Assembly (NCBI RefSeq): GCF_963921235.1
Contig: NC_086097.1
Coordinates: 239,508,001 to 239,572,000, forward strand
DNA: 64,000 bases
Source: Mobula hypostoma
Taxonomy: Eukaryota
Direction of reading: 5' to 3'
In this document: positions 37,401 through 49,377 of the stretch, one piece after another
How the letters are laid out: every line of letters begins with the position of its first letter
Position numbering within the stretch: the stretch's first letter is position 1
Position numbers and translations under genes: made by a program
Notes under the pieces: model-generated
What the model saw: only the letters and a program-made list of their open reading frames with translations
The model's database searches: none
Told to the model about the DNA's origin: nothing

Positions 37401-40400
37401 TAGATATCTGTGTGTGTATAGATATCTGTGTGTGTGTAGATATCTGTGTGTGTGTAGATATCTGTGTGTGTGTAGATATTTGTGTCTGTATAGGTATCCG
37501 TGTGTGTGTAGATATCTGTGTGTGTGTAGATATCTGTTTTTGTATAGGTATCTGTGTGTGTGTAGATATCTGTGTGTGTGTAGATATCTGTGTGTGTATA
37601 GATATCTGTGTGTGTATAGATATCTGTGTGTGTGTAGATATCTGTGTGTGTATAGATATCTGTGTGTGTGTAGATATCTGTGTGTGTGTAGATATCTGTG
37701 TGTGTGTAGATATCCGTGTGTGTATAGATATCTGTGTGTGTGTAGATATCATGTGTGTGTGTAGATATCTGTGTGTGTATAGATATCTGTGTGTGTGTAG
37801 ATATCTGTGTGTGTATAGATATCTGTGTGTGTGTAGATATCTGTGTGTGTGTAGATATCTGTGTGTGTATAGATATCTGTGTGTGTAGATATCTGTGTGT
37901 GTATAGATATCTGTGTGTGTGTAGATATCTGTGTGTGTATAGATATCTGTGTGTGTGTAGATATCTGTGTGTGTGTTGATATCTGTGTGTGTATAGATAT
38001 CTGTGTGTGTGTAGATATCTGTGTGTGTATAGATATCTGTGTGTGTTTAGATATCTGTGTGTGTGTAGATATCTGTGTGTGTGTAGATATCTGTGTGTGT
38101 ATAGATATCTGTGTGTGTGTAGATATCTTTGTGTGTATTGGTATCTGTGTGTGTGTAGATATCTGTGTGTGTGTAGATATCTGTGTGTGTATAGATATCT
38201 GTGTGTGTGTAAATATCTGTGTGTGTATAGATATCTGTGTGTGTGTAGATATCTGTGTGTGTAGATTTCTGTGTGTGTAAAGGTATCTGTGTGTGTGTTG
38301 ATATCTGTGTGTGTGTAGATATCTCTGTGTGTATAGATATCTGTGTGTGTGTAGATATCTGTGTGTGTATAGATATCTGTTTGTGTGTAGATACCTGTGT
38401 GTGTGTAGATATCTGTGTGTAGATATCTGTGTGTGTATAGATATCTGTGTGTGTATAGGTATCTGTGTGTGTGTAGATATCTGTGTGTGTGTAGATATCT
38501 GTGTGTGTATAGATATCTGTGTGTGTGTAGATATCTGTGTGTGTATAGATATCTCTGTGTGTGTAGATATCTGTGTGTGTATAGATATCTGTGTGTGTCG
38601 ATATCTGTGTGTATATAGATATCTGTGTGTGTGTAGATATCTGTGTGTGTATAGATATCTGTGTGTGTGTAGATATCTGTGTGTGTGTAGATATCTGTGT
38701 GTGTATAGATATCTGTGTCTGTATAGATATCTGTGTGTGTGTAGATATCTGTGTGTGTATAGATATCTGTGTGTGTAGATATCTGTGTGTGTATAGATAT
38801 CTGTGTGTGTGTAGATATCTGTGTGTGTATAGATATCTGTGTGTGTGTAGATATCTGTGTGTGTGTAGATATCTGTGTGTGTATAGATATCTGTGTGTGT
38901 GTAGATATCTGTGTGTTTATAGATATCTGTGTCTGTGTGGATATCTGTGTGTGTGTAGATATCTGTGTGTGTATAGGTATCTGTGTGTGTATAGATATCT
39001 GTGTGTGTGTAGATATCTGTGTGTGTATAGATATCTGTGTGTGTATAGTTATCTGTGTGTGTGTAGATATCTGTGTGTGTGTAGATTTCTGTGTGTGTGT
39101 AGATATCTGTGTGTGTATAGATATCTGTGTGTGTGTAGATATCTGTGTGTGTATAGGCATCTGTGTGTGTGTAGATATCTGTGTGTGTATAGATATCTGT
39201 GTGTGTAGATATCTGTGTGTGTATAGATATCTGTGTGTGTGTAGATATCTGTGTGTGTGTAGATATCTGTGTGTGTATAGGTATCTGTGTGTGTGTAGAT
39301 ATCTGTGTGTGTGTAGATATCTCTGTGTGTATAGATATCTGTGTGTGTGTAGATATCTGTGTGTGTATAGATATCTGTGTGTAGATATCTGTGTGTGTGT
39401 AGATATCTGTGTGTGTATAGGTATCTGTGTGTGTGTAGATATCTCTGTGTGTGTAGATATCTGTGTGTGTATAGGTATCTGTGTGTGTGTAGATATCTGT
39501 GTGTGTATAGGCATCTGTGTGTGTGTCGATATCTGTGTGTGTATAGATATCTGTGTGTGAGTAGATATCTGTGTGTGTATAGATATCTGTGTGTGTGTAG
39601 ATATCTGTGTGTGTGTAGATATCTGTGTGTGTATAGGTATCTGTGTGTGTGTAGATATCTGTGTGTGTGTAGATATCTGTGTGTGTATAGATATCTGTGT
39701 GTGTATAGGCATCTGTGTGTGTGTCGATATCTGTGTGTGTATAGATATCTGTGTGTGAGTAGATATCTGTGTGTGTATAGATATCTGTGTGTGTGTAGAT
39801 ATCTGTGTGTGTGTAGATATCTGTGTGTGTAGATATCTGTGTGTGTATAGGTATCTGTGTGTGTGTAGATATCTGTGTGTGTGTAGATATCTGTGTGTGT
39901 ATAGATATCTGTGTGTGTGTAGATATCTGTGTGTGTATAGATATCTGTGTGTAGATATCTGTGTCTGTGTAGATATCTGTGTGTGTATAGGTATCTGTGT
40001 GTGTGTAGATATCTCTGTGTGTGTAGATATCTGTGTGTGTATAGGTATCTGTGTGTGTGTAGATATCTGTGTGTGTGTAGATATCTGTGTGTGTATAGAT
40101 ATCTGTGTGTGTGTAGATATATGTGTGTGTATATATATCTGTGTGTGTGTAGATATCTGTGTGTGTATAGATATCTGTGTGTGTGTAGATATCTGTGTGT
40201 GTGTAGATATCTGTGTGTGTATAGATATCTGTGTGTGTGTAGATATCTGTGTGTGTATAGGTATCTGTGTGTGTGTAGATATCTGTGTGTGTATAGGTAT
40301 CTGTGTGTGTGTAGATATCTGTGTGTGTGTAGATATCTGTGTGTGTATAGATATCTGTGTGTGTGTAGATATCTGTGTGTGTGTAGATATCTGTGTGTGT

Positions 40401-40622
40401 ATAGGTATCTGTGTGTGTGTAGATATCTGTGTGTGTATAGGTATCTGTGTGTGTGTAGATATCTGTGTGTGTATAGATATCTGTGTGTGTATAGATATCT
40501 GTGTGTGTGTAGATATCTGTGTGTGTATAGATATCTGTGCGTGTGTAGATATCTGTGTGTGTGTAGATATCTGTGTGTGTGTAGATATCTGTGTGTGTAT
40601 AGATATCTGTGTCTGTGTAGAT
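28413..40622. repeat. 12.2-kb satellite, ~18-bp unit RTAGATATCT(GT)4, roughly 680-700 units
   Basis: Uninterrupted tandem array with 14/16/20-bp length variants; AGATATCT palindrome in most units. Confidence 0.99.
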
Positions 40623-40887
40623 GTGCATAATCCAGCTCTCTTCAGCCTCCTCAGAAAGTAGATGCTTTGGTCAGCGTGTTTGTCGAATGACATACCAGAA
40701 TACTGAGGAAGGTGAAAGCAGGAATTATTGAAACCTACAAGTTATTCTTAGGGCTTAATTGAGTATGGGTTATTCTGAAGAGTAATTGCAGGAAATTGTC
40801 AATATTTCTTTAAAAAACTGAGCTACTGCAGACAAATATAGGTATATATCTAACATCCATTGCCAGGAACATTTCCAAGTTCATAAT

Positions 40888-41529
40888 TAGATTATGAGGA
40901 CATGCAGTCCTCTTTTATTGTCATTTAGTAATGCATGCATTAAGAAATGATACAATGTTTTTCCAGAATGATATCAGAGAAACACACGACAAACCGACTT
41001 AAAAACTAACAAAAACACATAATTATAACATATAGTTACAACAGTGCAAAGCAATACCGTAATTTGATAAGAACAGACCATGACACGGTAAAAGTCTCAA
41101 AGTCTCTTGAAAGTCCCATCATCTCACGCAGACGGTGAACCTCCAGCGCCGCCAACTTGGCGATGCAGCATTCCGGAAGCACCCGACCACAGTCCGACTC
41201 CAAGTCCGTCTGAAAACTCCGAACCTCCGACCAGCTCTCCGACACCGATGCACCGAGCACCTTCTCTACCAAGCGTTTTGACCCCAGCCCCGGGAACAGG
41301 CGATACGCAAAGCCGAGGAATTGGGGCCTTTGTCTCCGGAGATTCTCGATCGCACAGTAGCAGCGGCTGTGAAGCAGGCATTTCAGAAGTTACTCCAGAT
41401 GTTCCTCTGCGCTTCTCATGGCTGTCTCCATCAAATCCGGATTGTGCACGGCCCCCCGAGTTACACATATCGATATTCATTCGGAACGGCCGCGCGCGCT
41501 GCATTGTGCCGCCACCTTCTCCTCCCTCC
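40888..41529 (-). mobile_element. CpG-rich non-coding retroposon (SINE or non-autonomous LINE derivative)
   Basis: Lies exactly between the duplicated copies; minus strand starts GGAGGGAGGAGAAGGTGGCGG and ends AATAAAA-GAGGAC/GTCCTC hairpin-ATAATCTA. Confidence 0.6.
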
Positions 41530-41707
41530 AGTAGATGCTTTGGTCAGTGTGTTTGTTGAATGACATACCAGAATACTGAGGAAGGTAAAAGCAGGAATTA
41601 TTGAAACCTACAAGTTATTCTTAGGTCTTAAATGAGTATGGGTTATTCTGAAGAGTAATTGTAGGAACCTGTAAATTTTTTTTTGAAGAACTGAACTACT
41701 GCAGACA

Positions 41708-42327
41708 CTACTACTACTACGTCGACTCAGGCCTAGGGGGCCGGCGTCGGGCATGATGACGGACTCTCCACTTCTCCCTCTCCCTCATCAGTGTGTTCAG
41801 TTCATTTACATTAGCCGCGTCGCTGTCTTCTAGGAGCGTGTTGACCATCGTCTTGGGAGGGCGCCCAGGGTTTATCCTCCCGTGCTTGGGGTCCCATATG
41901 CTGACTAGGATGGCAGGTAGCTCGGGGTGGCAGAGACAGTGCCCCACTAGTTGCAGTTTTCTTGCCTCAATTTTAGTGGTGAGCATCGGTAGGTTGTTAT
42001 AGAGCTCGACGTTCCTCATGTGCTGCTGCCAACTCACATCAAGAGCCATGCGGAGCATTCGTGTATAGCAACCATCTAGAGACTTTCACATCATCTTGGT
42101 GAGTGTCCACGTCTCGTATCCGTACGTGAGAATGAACTCTATGACTGCTATGAAAATCCTCTTTTTAAGCCCTCTGGTCAGGTTCGACTTGCAGATTTCC
42201 TTCATGTCGTTTATAGCCCTCCACGCCAACGCCTTCTGTGTCTTTATGTCCTTCTCCGAACTCATCATTCTTGACCCGAGGTACTTGTAGTCAAAGATTT
42301 TCTTAATGGTATCATTCCCTATAGTCA
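41708..42327 (-). mobile_element. RTE LINE 3' end
   Basis: YKYLGS, LTYGYETWTL, LQLVGH, GRPPKT motifs; (GTA)n tail; 11-bp TSD TACTGCAGACA. Confidence 0.9.
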
Positions 42328-42811
42328 TACTGCAGACAAATATAGGTATATATCTAACATCCGTTGCCAGGAACATTTCCAAGTCCATAATAAAGATAAG
42401 CATGAGTTATCTTCAGAGATTTCCTTAGAAATAATAAAATAAAACCCTTAGCATTAATTTAGGAAGTAGCATACTCTGTAGATGGGCAAAGACAGACCAT
42501 GTAATATATATGAATTTTTGTAATCATTTTGAAAATTCTGCAAATAGAAAGTGAGAATGGACAGCAGATTAGGCAGCAGCTATGGGAAGAGAAAGTCTAT
42601 CAATTATAAGGTAGATAACCTTTCATTGGAGCAGTTACTATGTATTTCCAATTCTCTTCATCTGGAATTTTTTGCTTACTCATTACTGAGCAATACCAGC
42701 TTACTGAAGAAGATCTGACAGTATGAAATTAGAAGGAGAGATAACTCGATTCACACTTCTTTAGATAAGCAGCATACCAAGAGTGGGAAGTTATGAGGAA
42801 ATTTCATACCC

Positions 42812-44275
42812 TTGAACAGAAAATCCTACAAACAGTTCTGGATACGGCCCAGTTCATCATTGAGTAAAGCCTTCCCCATCACTGAGCGCATCTACATGAA
42901 ATGCTGTTGCAGGAAAGCAGCATCCGTCATCAGGAACCCCCACAATCCAGAACATGCTCTTTTCTCACTGATGCCATTAAAAAGAAGGTATAAGAGACTC
43001 AGGACTCACGCCACCAGATTCAGGAACAGTTACTACTGTGACGAGAATACACATAAAATTAAGATGTTTGCTGGCCTGGGTTAGCATCAGTGGCATCAGC
43101 AGTTGGTCTGCCACCTGTCCTCAGGGGAAGGAGAGATAAGGAACAATGGAGCAGCATCTGGAGATGTGTAATGAAGGGACGGGAGAGAGAGCTGTCTGGA
43201 GCGGCTCCACCTTTGAACCCTGAACTGTTTGAAGTGATGGACAGGCGATACCCCAGCAGGGGGATAAAAAGGGACAGGTTCGCTAAGGACACACACACGA
43301 CACCCGAGGTAAGGAGACCCTGGAAGCGGTGCGCCTCTCACGAGTCGGTGGGAAGTACTGGACCTTAAACGCACAGGGTGGAAAGGTATGATCAGCGGGA
43401 ACCTGGTGTGTGTCCACCCTCGCTTGGGTGCCGGGTTCACTGCAGAGGATCGACCGCATCTGGAGGAGGGGTCACAGTCGGTGACCTCAGGTGACATCAC
43501 CAAGGACCCGCCCAAAAGCTGCTTGTGAGCAATATGGCCGGTCTGTGAGTGGAAGCCGTTCTGAATGATTAGTCGTTCCCGTTCTCTCTCTCTCCCCCCC
43601 CACGTTGTCCATCGCCATGGCAACGATTACTGCGAACTGAACTAAATTGGACTGAACTTTTGTGTCACTTTGAAATTTGGTCATTTATCCCTAGACAACG
43701 ATAGAGCTTGATTGATGCTGTTATCTTAATTCTGTGCACATGTGTGTTTATCATTGCTGAACTGTTGCATTTATTATCCTTTCAATTACTGTGTTGCTTG
43801 TTTCTTTAATAAAACTTTCTTAGTCCTAGTAATCCAGACTCCAACTGAGTGATCCATTTCTGCTGGTTTGGCAACCCAGTTATGGGGTACGTAACACTAC
43901 CCCTCAACCATCAGGCTCTTGAATGAAAAGGAATGACTTCACTCAACTTTAATCGCCCCACCATTGAAATATTCCCACAACCTATGGGCTCACTTTCAAG
44001 GACTCTTCATCTCACGTTCTTGATTTTCATTGCCTATTTATTTATTTATTTATTTATTATCACTGCTTTCTTTTTGCATTTGCACGGTGTGCTGCCTTTT
44101 GCACGTTAGTTAAACACCCAAGTTGCTGCGATCTTTTATTGATTCTGTTACGGTTATTATTCTATTTTGAATTTACTGAGTAAACCCACAAAGAAGTTAA
44201 TCTCAGAGTTGTATACGGTGACCTATAGGTACTTTGATAGTAAGTTTATTTTGACTTTGACTTTGACTTTGAATT
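42812..44275 (+). mobile_element. Rex1/Babar LINE 3' end interrupted by a solo LTR
   Basis: HALFSLMP...RRYKRLRTHATRFRNSYY; (TTTGAC)n tail. Confidence 0.8.
43037..43896 (+). mobile_element. Solo LTR (family B-related)
   Basis: TGTGAC...GTAACA; TSD CTAC; GATAAAA box and AATAAA. Confidence 0.9.
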
Positions 44276-44649
44276 TGATTTGCACATACACAGCCTATTT
44301 GCTGAGTTTGAACGTAGAGAAACTATGATCTCCAAATTCCGTGGCGCTCCAAGGCAACACGAACAAGTAGCAGACTAGGGTAGGTATCAGTGCATAGAGT
44401 CGTAGATAATACAGCACAGAAACAGGCCATTTGGCCCATCTAGCCTGTGCTGAACTATTTAAACTGCCTGCACCTGGATTAGAGCCCTCCCTACCCCCCA
44501 CAAGAGATATATTCTGTGACCAATGGGAAAGAAACATTAGTGGCACATATCACAATTAGCTGTAGAAAAACAAAATGACTATAATTTATATGAACTTCGT
44601 CCACATGTCATACAGGGTAATGTAAGATACTAGTAAACAAAAGACGAAA

Positions 44650-45680
44650 TAGGATGTTATGTTGAAGGCGTATAAGATATTGGTAATGCCTATTTTGGAA
44701 TATGTTTGTAGTTCTGGTCACCTACCTACAGAAATCAATAAGATTGAAAGAGTATAGAGAACATTTACAAGGATTTTTCCAGGAGCTGAATTATAGGGAG
44801 AGGTTGAAAACATTGGGACTTTATTCCCTGGAATATGGGAGAATAAGGGGAAATTTGATAAAGGTGTACACAATTATGGGGGGAATATTGATAGAGTAAA
44901 TGCAAGTAGGCTTACTCCACTGAGAGTAGGTCATAGGTTAAGGGTAAAAGGTGAAATATTTAAGGGGAGCCTGATTGAGGGGGGGGGATTTCTTCACGCT
45001 GAGGGTGTGGTGGGACTGTGAAATGAGCTGCCATGGAAGTGGTGGTTGTGGGTTTGATTTCAACATTTAGACCTTAAGACATCGGAGCTCAATTTAACCA
45101 TTTGGCCCATCAAGTCTGCTCTGCCATTTCATCATGGCTGATCCATTTCCCCTTCGAAATCATTGACCTGCCTTCTCCCCATAACCTTTCACACCCTGTC
45201 TAATCAAGAATACTTCCGCCTTAATAGCACCCAGTGACTTGGCCTCCACAGCCGCCTGAGGTAACAAATTTCATAGATTCACCACTGTCTGACTAAAGAA
45301 ATTCCTCTTCATCTCTGTTCTAAATGAATACCCGATATATTTAGAGGTTGTGCCCTCTGGTCCTAGGCTTTCCCACCAAAGAAATCATCCTCTTTACAAC
45401 CAGTCTATTTGGGCCTTTCAACATTCAATGTGTTTCAATGAGATGCCCCCTCATTCTTCTAAATTCCAATGAGTAAAGACCTAGAGCATCAATTACTGCT
45501 CATATGATAACCCTTTCATTCCCAGAATCACTCTTGTGAATCTCCTCCGAACCCTCTCCGGGGGGGGAGAGAACTTTGGAAAGTACATATATGGGTGGGG
45601 TCTGGATGGCTAGGGTCCAGGTGTGGGTTAATGGGACTGGGTAGAATAATAGTTCAGCATGTTTCTGTGCTGTAGTGCTG
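44650..45680 (+). mobile_element. CR1 3' end with an antisense CR1 fragment nested at ~45070-45560
   Basis: YRERLKTLGLYSLE motif; minus-strand CR1 3' end inside. Confidence 0.75.
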
Positions 45681-45838
45681 TGACTCTTTGTCTAAGAGGC
45701 ACAGGTTAACATGTTGATGATGTATATTTCCAGCCTACTGTGCATATTGTTTTGTCCATTAAGTAGATCAAGTGCTTTGTGAATGCTCATTAAGGAGATC
45801 TGAGCAGATATTCATGATTTGGAAATTATGCTTGTGAG

Positions 45839-46126
45839 TGTAGCGGTGTGCTACACACAGTGCTAAAATAACCACACAGAGTTGGGGAGTTGGAGTTGCG
45901 ATAAAAGAGATTTATTCAAACTTTGCGGCCTGCTTTAAAGCCTTCCCGTTTCCGCCCTCCCTGGGCGGGACTGCTGTGGGGAATGCATAATCGCAGACCC
46001 TCTCTGCGCATGGCATTTTCCCCCTGCTGGTGAAGATGGCCTGGCGCCCTTTTTGGGGCCGGCCTCTCTGCCGGCGCGCGCTGTTTCGTGAGCCGGTTCG
46101 TGTGTGCTAGAAAGTGGGTCGCCACA
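45839..46126 (-). mobile_element. Short GC-rich solo LTR
   Basis: TGTAG...CCACA; TSD TGAG; AATAAA on the minus strand. Confidence 0.85.
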
Positions 46127-46369
46127 TGAGATTATTTTCACATGCATTAACATTCCGTTTGTGCTTTTCAAGAATTGCTTTGAAATGAATAACACATGTG
46201 TTTAGGTTGCATGAAAGGTTTCTGTGTCTGTTGCATCTTGGTGGATTGCTCTTTTCTCTTTGACCTGAAGGGCTGTCGACTCAAGAGTGACGCCTCAAAT
46301 TTGAGTCCAGCACTTCGGCCGACTGCTACCGGTCAGAACTTTCATCTGCTAGATTAAGAAGACAAAAAG

Positions 46370-46660
46370 AAAAAGATTAGCTTTATTTTTTTCACATGTA
46401 CATCAAAACATTGAAACGTACGATAAAATATGTAATTTCTGTCACATCAAATCAGCGAGGGTTGTGCTTAGTAGTCTGCAAGCGGTTCCTTTGCTAAAAT
46501 AACATGCCCACAACTCACTAACCCAAATCTGTGCGTCTTTTTGGAAAGTGAGAGGAAACTGGAAGAAACCAACACAGTGACGGGGAAAAGATATAAACTC
46601 CTAACAGGCAGAGGCAGGAATTGAATCCTGATTAGTTATCACTATTGCTGTAAGAGCCCT
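46370..46660 (-). mobile_element. Degenerate SINE
   Basis: GGAAACTGGAAGAAACCAACACAGTGACGGGG core recognised by pattern; tail similar to ~24490-24560. Confidence 0.5.
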
Positions 46661-47214
46661 ACGATTAAACCAAGACTTGTCCTCTTAAGAGAATGTAAAA
46701 AATCCAAAGATACTCCTTCAAAAAAATATAGTGAGATATTCCCATGTTTAATCATTAAGTATTTTGATGTCAGCATCACTGAAACAGATAACCATGTGAC
46801 TGATCCATCCACTTTCTATATTACAACTGCTAGTCAGAGATTGCATTTGTAAAAGATCGTCATTCGCTTTAAAGCACTTAAGCATTTCGGTGAGACCGCT
46901 AAATGGTTTCTGTAATTATATCGTTTTCTATTTTTTTGCAATAAGAAATGTAGAGGATGACGACCTCCTTTCCCTCAGTACTAACTTGGCCAGTCTATCT
47001 TCCGCCTCAAGGAGCAAAAAGAGTAGCTGTTGCTCTTGCTCTGCTTTTCAGGATCATGGAGTCACACAGTCTATAAAATTTATGTTATCCATCAACTTCT
47101 CTTTTACCCTACTTCCACGTTATTTGCTGATTGTTCTCCCCTCAATGACATCCTCATTCTACACAGAAAGGAACAATTCAGAGCGGTCAAACAAACTAGC
47201 AACCAGCCGCGCTC

Positions 47215-49075
47215 AGACTATAAGACACAGGAGTATAATTAGGCCATTTGGCCCATCAAGTCTGCTCTGCCACTCTATCTTGGTTGATTTATTATCCCTC
47301 TGAAACTGATTGTCCTGCCTTCTTTTCATAACCTTTGATACCCTTACTAATCAAGAACCTATCAGCCTCTTCTTCAAATATACTAAATGACATGGCATCC
47401 ACAGACATCTGTAACAATGAATTTCAGAAGTTCACCACTCCATGGCTAAAGAAATTTCTCTTATCTCTGTTCTAAAGGAATCATCCTTCAATTCTGAGTC
47501 TGTGCAGTCTGTGCACTCAATGTCAGTAAGGTGAAAGAGCTGATTGTGGACTTCAGGAAGGATAAGACAAAGGAGCACATACCAATCCTCATAGAGGGAT
47601 TGGAAGTGGAGAGAGAGAGCAGCTTCAAGTTCCTGGGTGTCAAGATCTCTGAGGATCTAACCTGGTCCCAGCATATTGATGTAGTCATAAAGAAGGCAAG
47701 ACAGTGGCTATTCCTTATTAGGAGTTTGAAGAGATTTGGCATGTCAACAAACACACTGAAAAACTTCTATAGTTGTACCATGGAGAACATTCTGACAGGC
47801 TGCATCACTGTCTGGTATGGAGGGGTTACTGCACAGGACTAAAAGAAGCTGCAGAAGGTTGTAAATCTAGTCATCTCCATCTTGGGCACCAGCCTACAAA
47901 GTACTCAAGACATCTTTAGGTAGCGGTGTCTCAGAAAAGCAGTGTCCATTATTAAGGACCTCCAGCACCCAGGGCATGCCCTTTTCTCACTGTTACCATC
48001 AGGTAGGAGGTACAGAAGCCTGAAAGCACACACTCAGCGATTCAGGAACAACTTCTTCCCCTCTGCCATCCAATTCCTAAATGGACATTGAAGCTTTGGA
48101 CACTGCCTCACTTTTTTTTAATATACAGTATATTTGTTTTTGCACATTAAAAAAAAATCTTTTCAGTATATGTAATTGATTTACTTGTTTATTTATTATG
48201 TTTTATTTTATTATTATTATTTTTTTTTCTCTTATGTATTGCATTGAACTGCTGCTGCTAAGTTAACAAATTTTGTGTCACATGCCGTGATAATAAACCT
48301 GATTCTGATTCTGATTCTTAAAGGCACTCAATAATGGAAACATCATCTCGATGTAGACCTTTCAATACTGAATAGTTTTCAATGAGATTCCTCCTCTTTC
48401 TTCAAAACTCTAGCAAGTACAAGCCCAAAGCCATCAAACTCTCCTCAAATGTTAATCTTTTCATTCCCAGGATCATTGAACCTACTCCAATGCCAGCACA
48501 TATTTTCTAAAATGAGGAACCTAAAACTACTCACAATACTGCAAATGTGGTGTGACCAATGCCTTATAAAGTCTCAGCATGACATCCTTGCTCTTATATT
48601 CAAGCCCTATCGAAATGAATGGAAACATTGCACTTGCATTACTTGCCATCAACTCAATTTGCACGTTAACCTTCAGGAAATTCTGCACAAGGACACCCAT
48701 GTCCCTTTGCACCTCTAATTTTTGAATTGTCTCCCCATATAGAAAATAGTCTTCCATTTCTGCCTACTATCTATCTTTGAATATTCTGCAAACTTAACCA
48801 CAAAGCCATAAATTCTGTCATTTAAATTGTTGACATATAATCAGAAAAGCAGTCCAAATACCGATCCCTGCAGAACACTGGCAGCCAACCTCAATAGGCC
48901 CACTTTATTCCCACACTTTGCCTCCTGCCAGTCAACCAATCATCTATCCATGCTAGAATCTTTCCTGTAATACGAAGGGCTCTTAGCTTATTATGCAACC
49001 TTATGTGTGACACCTTGTCAAAGGCCTTCTGAATATCAAACAACCACTGACACTTCCTTTGTCTATCCTGCCTGT
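47215..49075 (-). mobile_element. CR1 RT-to-3' fragment interrupted by Rex1/Babar
   Basis: DIQKAFDKVSH and LYKALVTPHLQYC on the minus strand. Confidence 0.8.
47505..48317 (+). mobile_element. Rex1/Babar LINE 3' end
   Basis: KELIVDFRK, FKFLGVKISEDLTWS, ENILTGCITVWYG; (GATTCT)n tail. Confidence 0.9.
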
Positions 49076-49079
49076 TATA

Positions 49080-49370
49080 CATGGCAGAGGAACCAGCTGA
49101 AAAACCCCTGAGGGCAGGGGTATAATTTATGAATCACTAGGATTTCTTCTGGGGAAGGTACGAACTGTATAAAAGGGAAGAGTTACACCTGAACCAGAGG
49201 GGGTCCAATATACCCTTCAGGCAGGTTGGCTAGAGTTATCCGGGACCGTTTAAACTAATCAGGCAGGGGAATGGGAACTGGAGTTATAGTGCTGAAGATG
49301 AGGTAGCTGGTTTGCAAACACAGGCAATGTGTAGCGAGGAGAGGCAACCAATAGGCCAAAATTAGCCTGG
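49080..49370 (+). mobile_element. CR1 ORF1 esterase-like C-terminal fragment
   Basis: DFFWGRYELYKREELHLNQRG resembles the DGLHLN block of the CR1 ORF1 SGNH esterase. Confidence 0.6.
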
Positions 49371-49377
49371 TAGGGCA

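Larger units (their letters stand above)
40657..42391 (+). repeat. ~231-bp direct duplication (40657-40887; 41530-41707 plus 42339-42391)
   Basis: Both copies run AGTAGATGCTTTGGTCAG...CCAAGT(T/C)CATAAT; the second is split by an RTE insertion. Confidence 0.9.

Noticed and set aside
28413..40622. CRISPR-like array
   Set aside because: No unique spacers and no cas genes; simple tandem satellite in eukaryotic DNA
28207..40693. Very long ORFs (up to 1688 aa; HTQIS, YRYLCV, CIDICV repeats)
   Set aside because: They arise because the 18-bp unit lacks stops in five of six frames; frames switch with unit-length variants and there is no gene structure
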